A stretch of 64,000 bases of DNA, from sequence record ON528727. One strand, 5' to 3'. The stretch comes from Shigella phage ESh17. The notes under the pieces were generated by a model. It saw nothing but the letters and a program-made list of their open reading frames with translations. It did not search any database and was not told the origin of the DNA. Position numbers and translations under genes: made by a program. Positions 62,966 to 64,000 of the stretch are shown here, piece after piece; position 1 is the stretch's first letter; each line of letters opens with the position of its first letter.

Positions 62966-64000
62966 TAAAAAGTCCCCGCATATAAAGAAGCACGGTTTAA
63001 CGTGATAATTTCTCTCATAGTAATCTCAAGAGTAAATGTACTAGGGAGGTTTGGAGCAATAGCTAATCCGTTAAAGTTACCATTAGGCGTTTTATCAAAT
63101 CTGATGCTCTGTATTTGGCATGGACCAAATATTTCCGTTTTTCCATCAAACTTAGATGTTGCGCCAAAGTTTTTCACCATCCAAATTGTCGGGTTTGAAA
63201 CTACTAAAACGTTAGTTAAACTTGATGTCATTTTCTCAAATAGTGTTTTATTTTTAGCTGCGTCTTCCGGAGATAAAGGTTCAATTAACGTAGAACGATA
63301 CCAATCATCTAAATACCCCTTTATTTCAGCAGCATATTGAGATTTACCAGTTTCACCATAAGAAAAATAGTTAAAATATTGATAGATATTAATAATAGCC
63401 ATCAAATCTTCTGTTGAACGTGGAGTCAAATCCCATGTAAACACTTTAGTTCTATTCTCAGCACCACCATACATACTTCTGGCTGTCGTATAAATCTGTT
63501 CATTATTATCAGCCATTATACCTTGTGTTATACTTTCCAGTGCCCCAAACACTGCAGTTGAAGCAATATTACTTAACACACCAGTAGCAGTACCTCCGCC
63601 TCTGCTGATAAGACTTTCTTGAACATCATTAAATCTGTGTGATGATGTATCAACATCAGATTTAGATCTCGGTAAAAGAATGTTTGCGACAGGAGCTTTA
63701 CTTATTGTTCCTGAATTGTTATTTGATATTAATCCATTTGATAGTTTTGATACTGTACTACTAATAGTGTTTCTAGCTGTACTTAAAATACTCGAAGATG
63801 AAGAAGAGTAGTTAGATCTCATCGATCTAAGACTTCCAGAATCCCTAGATGACATATTGTATGCAGTAAATAATAATCCATTCTTATATAGATCTGTTAC
63901 CTGGAAGTCCCCTGTAGTGTCATTACCACTAGCACGCCCAGTTGGAAACTGGGCAGTGTATGTTTTAGTTGCTACTTCTGATTTAGTACTCTGTCCGGCT
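62965..64000 (-). CDS. 48: baseplate protein gp48 (5' end beyond window)
   Basis: Frame stays open upstream of track ATG 63855 to the window edge. Confidence 0.75.
   Translation of the reverse strand, partial: AGQSTKSEVATKTYTAQFPTGRASGNDTTGDFQVTDLYKNGLLFTAYNMSSRDSGSLRSMRSNYSSSSSSILSTARNTISSTVSKLSNGLISNNNSGTISKAPVANILLPRSKSDVDTSSHRFNDVQESLISRGGGTATGVLSNIASTAVFGALESITQGIMADNNEQIYTTARSMYGGAENRTKVFTWDLTPRSTEDLMAIINIYQYFNYFSYGETGKSQYAAEIKGYLDDWYRSTLIEPLSPEDAAKNKTLFEKMTSSLTNVLVVSNPTIWMVKNFGATSKFDGKTEIFGPCQIQSIRFDKTPNGNFNGLAIAPNLPSTFTLEITMREIITLNRASLYAGTF

Overview
This window reads as a ~64 kb segment of a T4-like (Tevenvirinae) coliphage genome, reverse-complemented relative to the conventional T4 map. 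All gene identifications rest on reading the ORF translations against remembered T4 protein sequences, sizes and gene order; no database search was run. The plus strand carries a long early/middle-gene array: soc, modB-modA, srd, dda, dexA, motB region, a single fused topoisomerase large-subunit gene (39+60), rIIA-rIIB, denB, ndd-stp-ac, 52, motA, arn, asiA. The minus strand carries the late block t-38-37-36-35-34. The plus strand then resumes with rnh-dsbA-33-59-32-frd-td-nrdA-nrdB-denA-rnlA(63)-alc-pseT-cd-31-rIII-30.x-30(ligase)-alt-alt paralog, followed by minus-strand baseplate genes 54 and 48 (48 is cut by the window edge). The genome is not T4 itself: td and nrdB are intron-less and gene 39 is not split. 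No CRISPR array, tRNA or rRNA was seen. The best candidates for something new are: (1) a ~0.4 kb single-ORF insertion exactly at the frd/td junction, flanked by a duplicated junction sequence; (2) a second full-length Alt-like ADP-ribosyltransferase directly downstream of alt, sitting with modA/modB and a NADAR-like protein; (3) a GC-rich, structured ~240 bp non-coding segment between rIII and the 30.x genes; (4) a cluster of very small transmembrane-peptide genes between denB and ndd; (5) recurring promoter/leader cassettes in which hairpins enclose the -10 element or the Shine-Dalgarno sequence.
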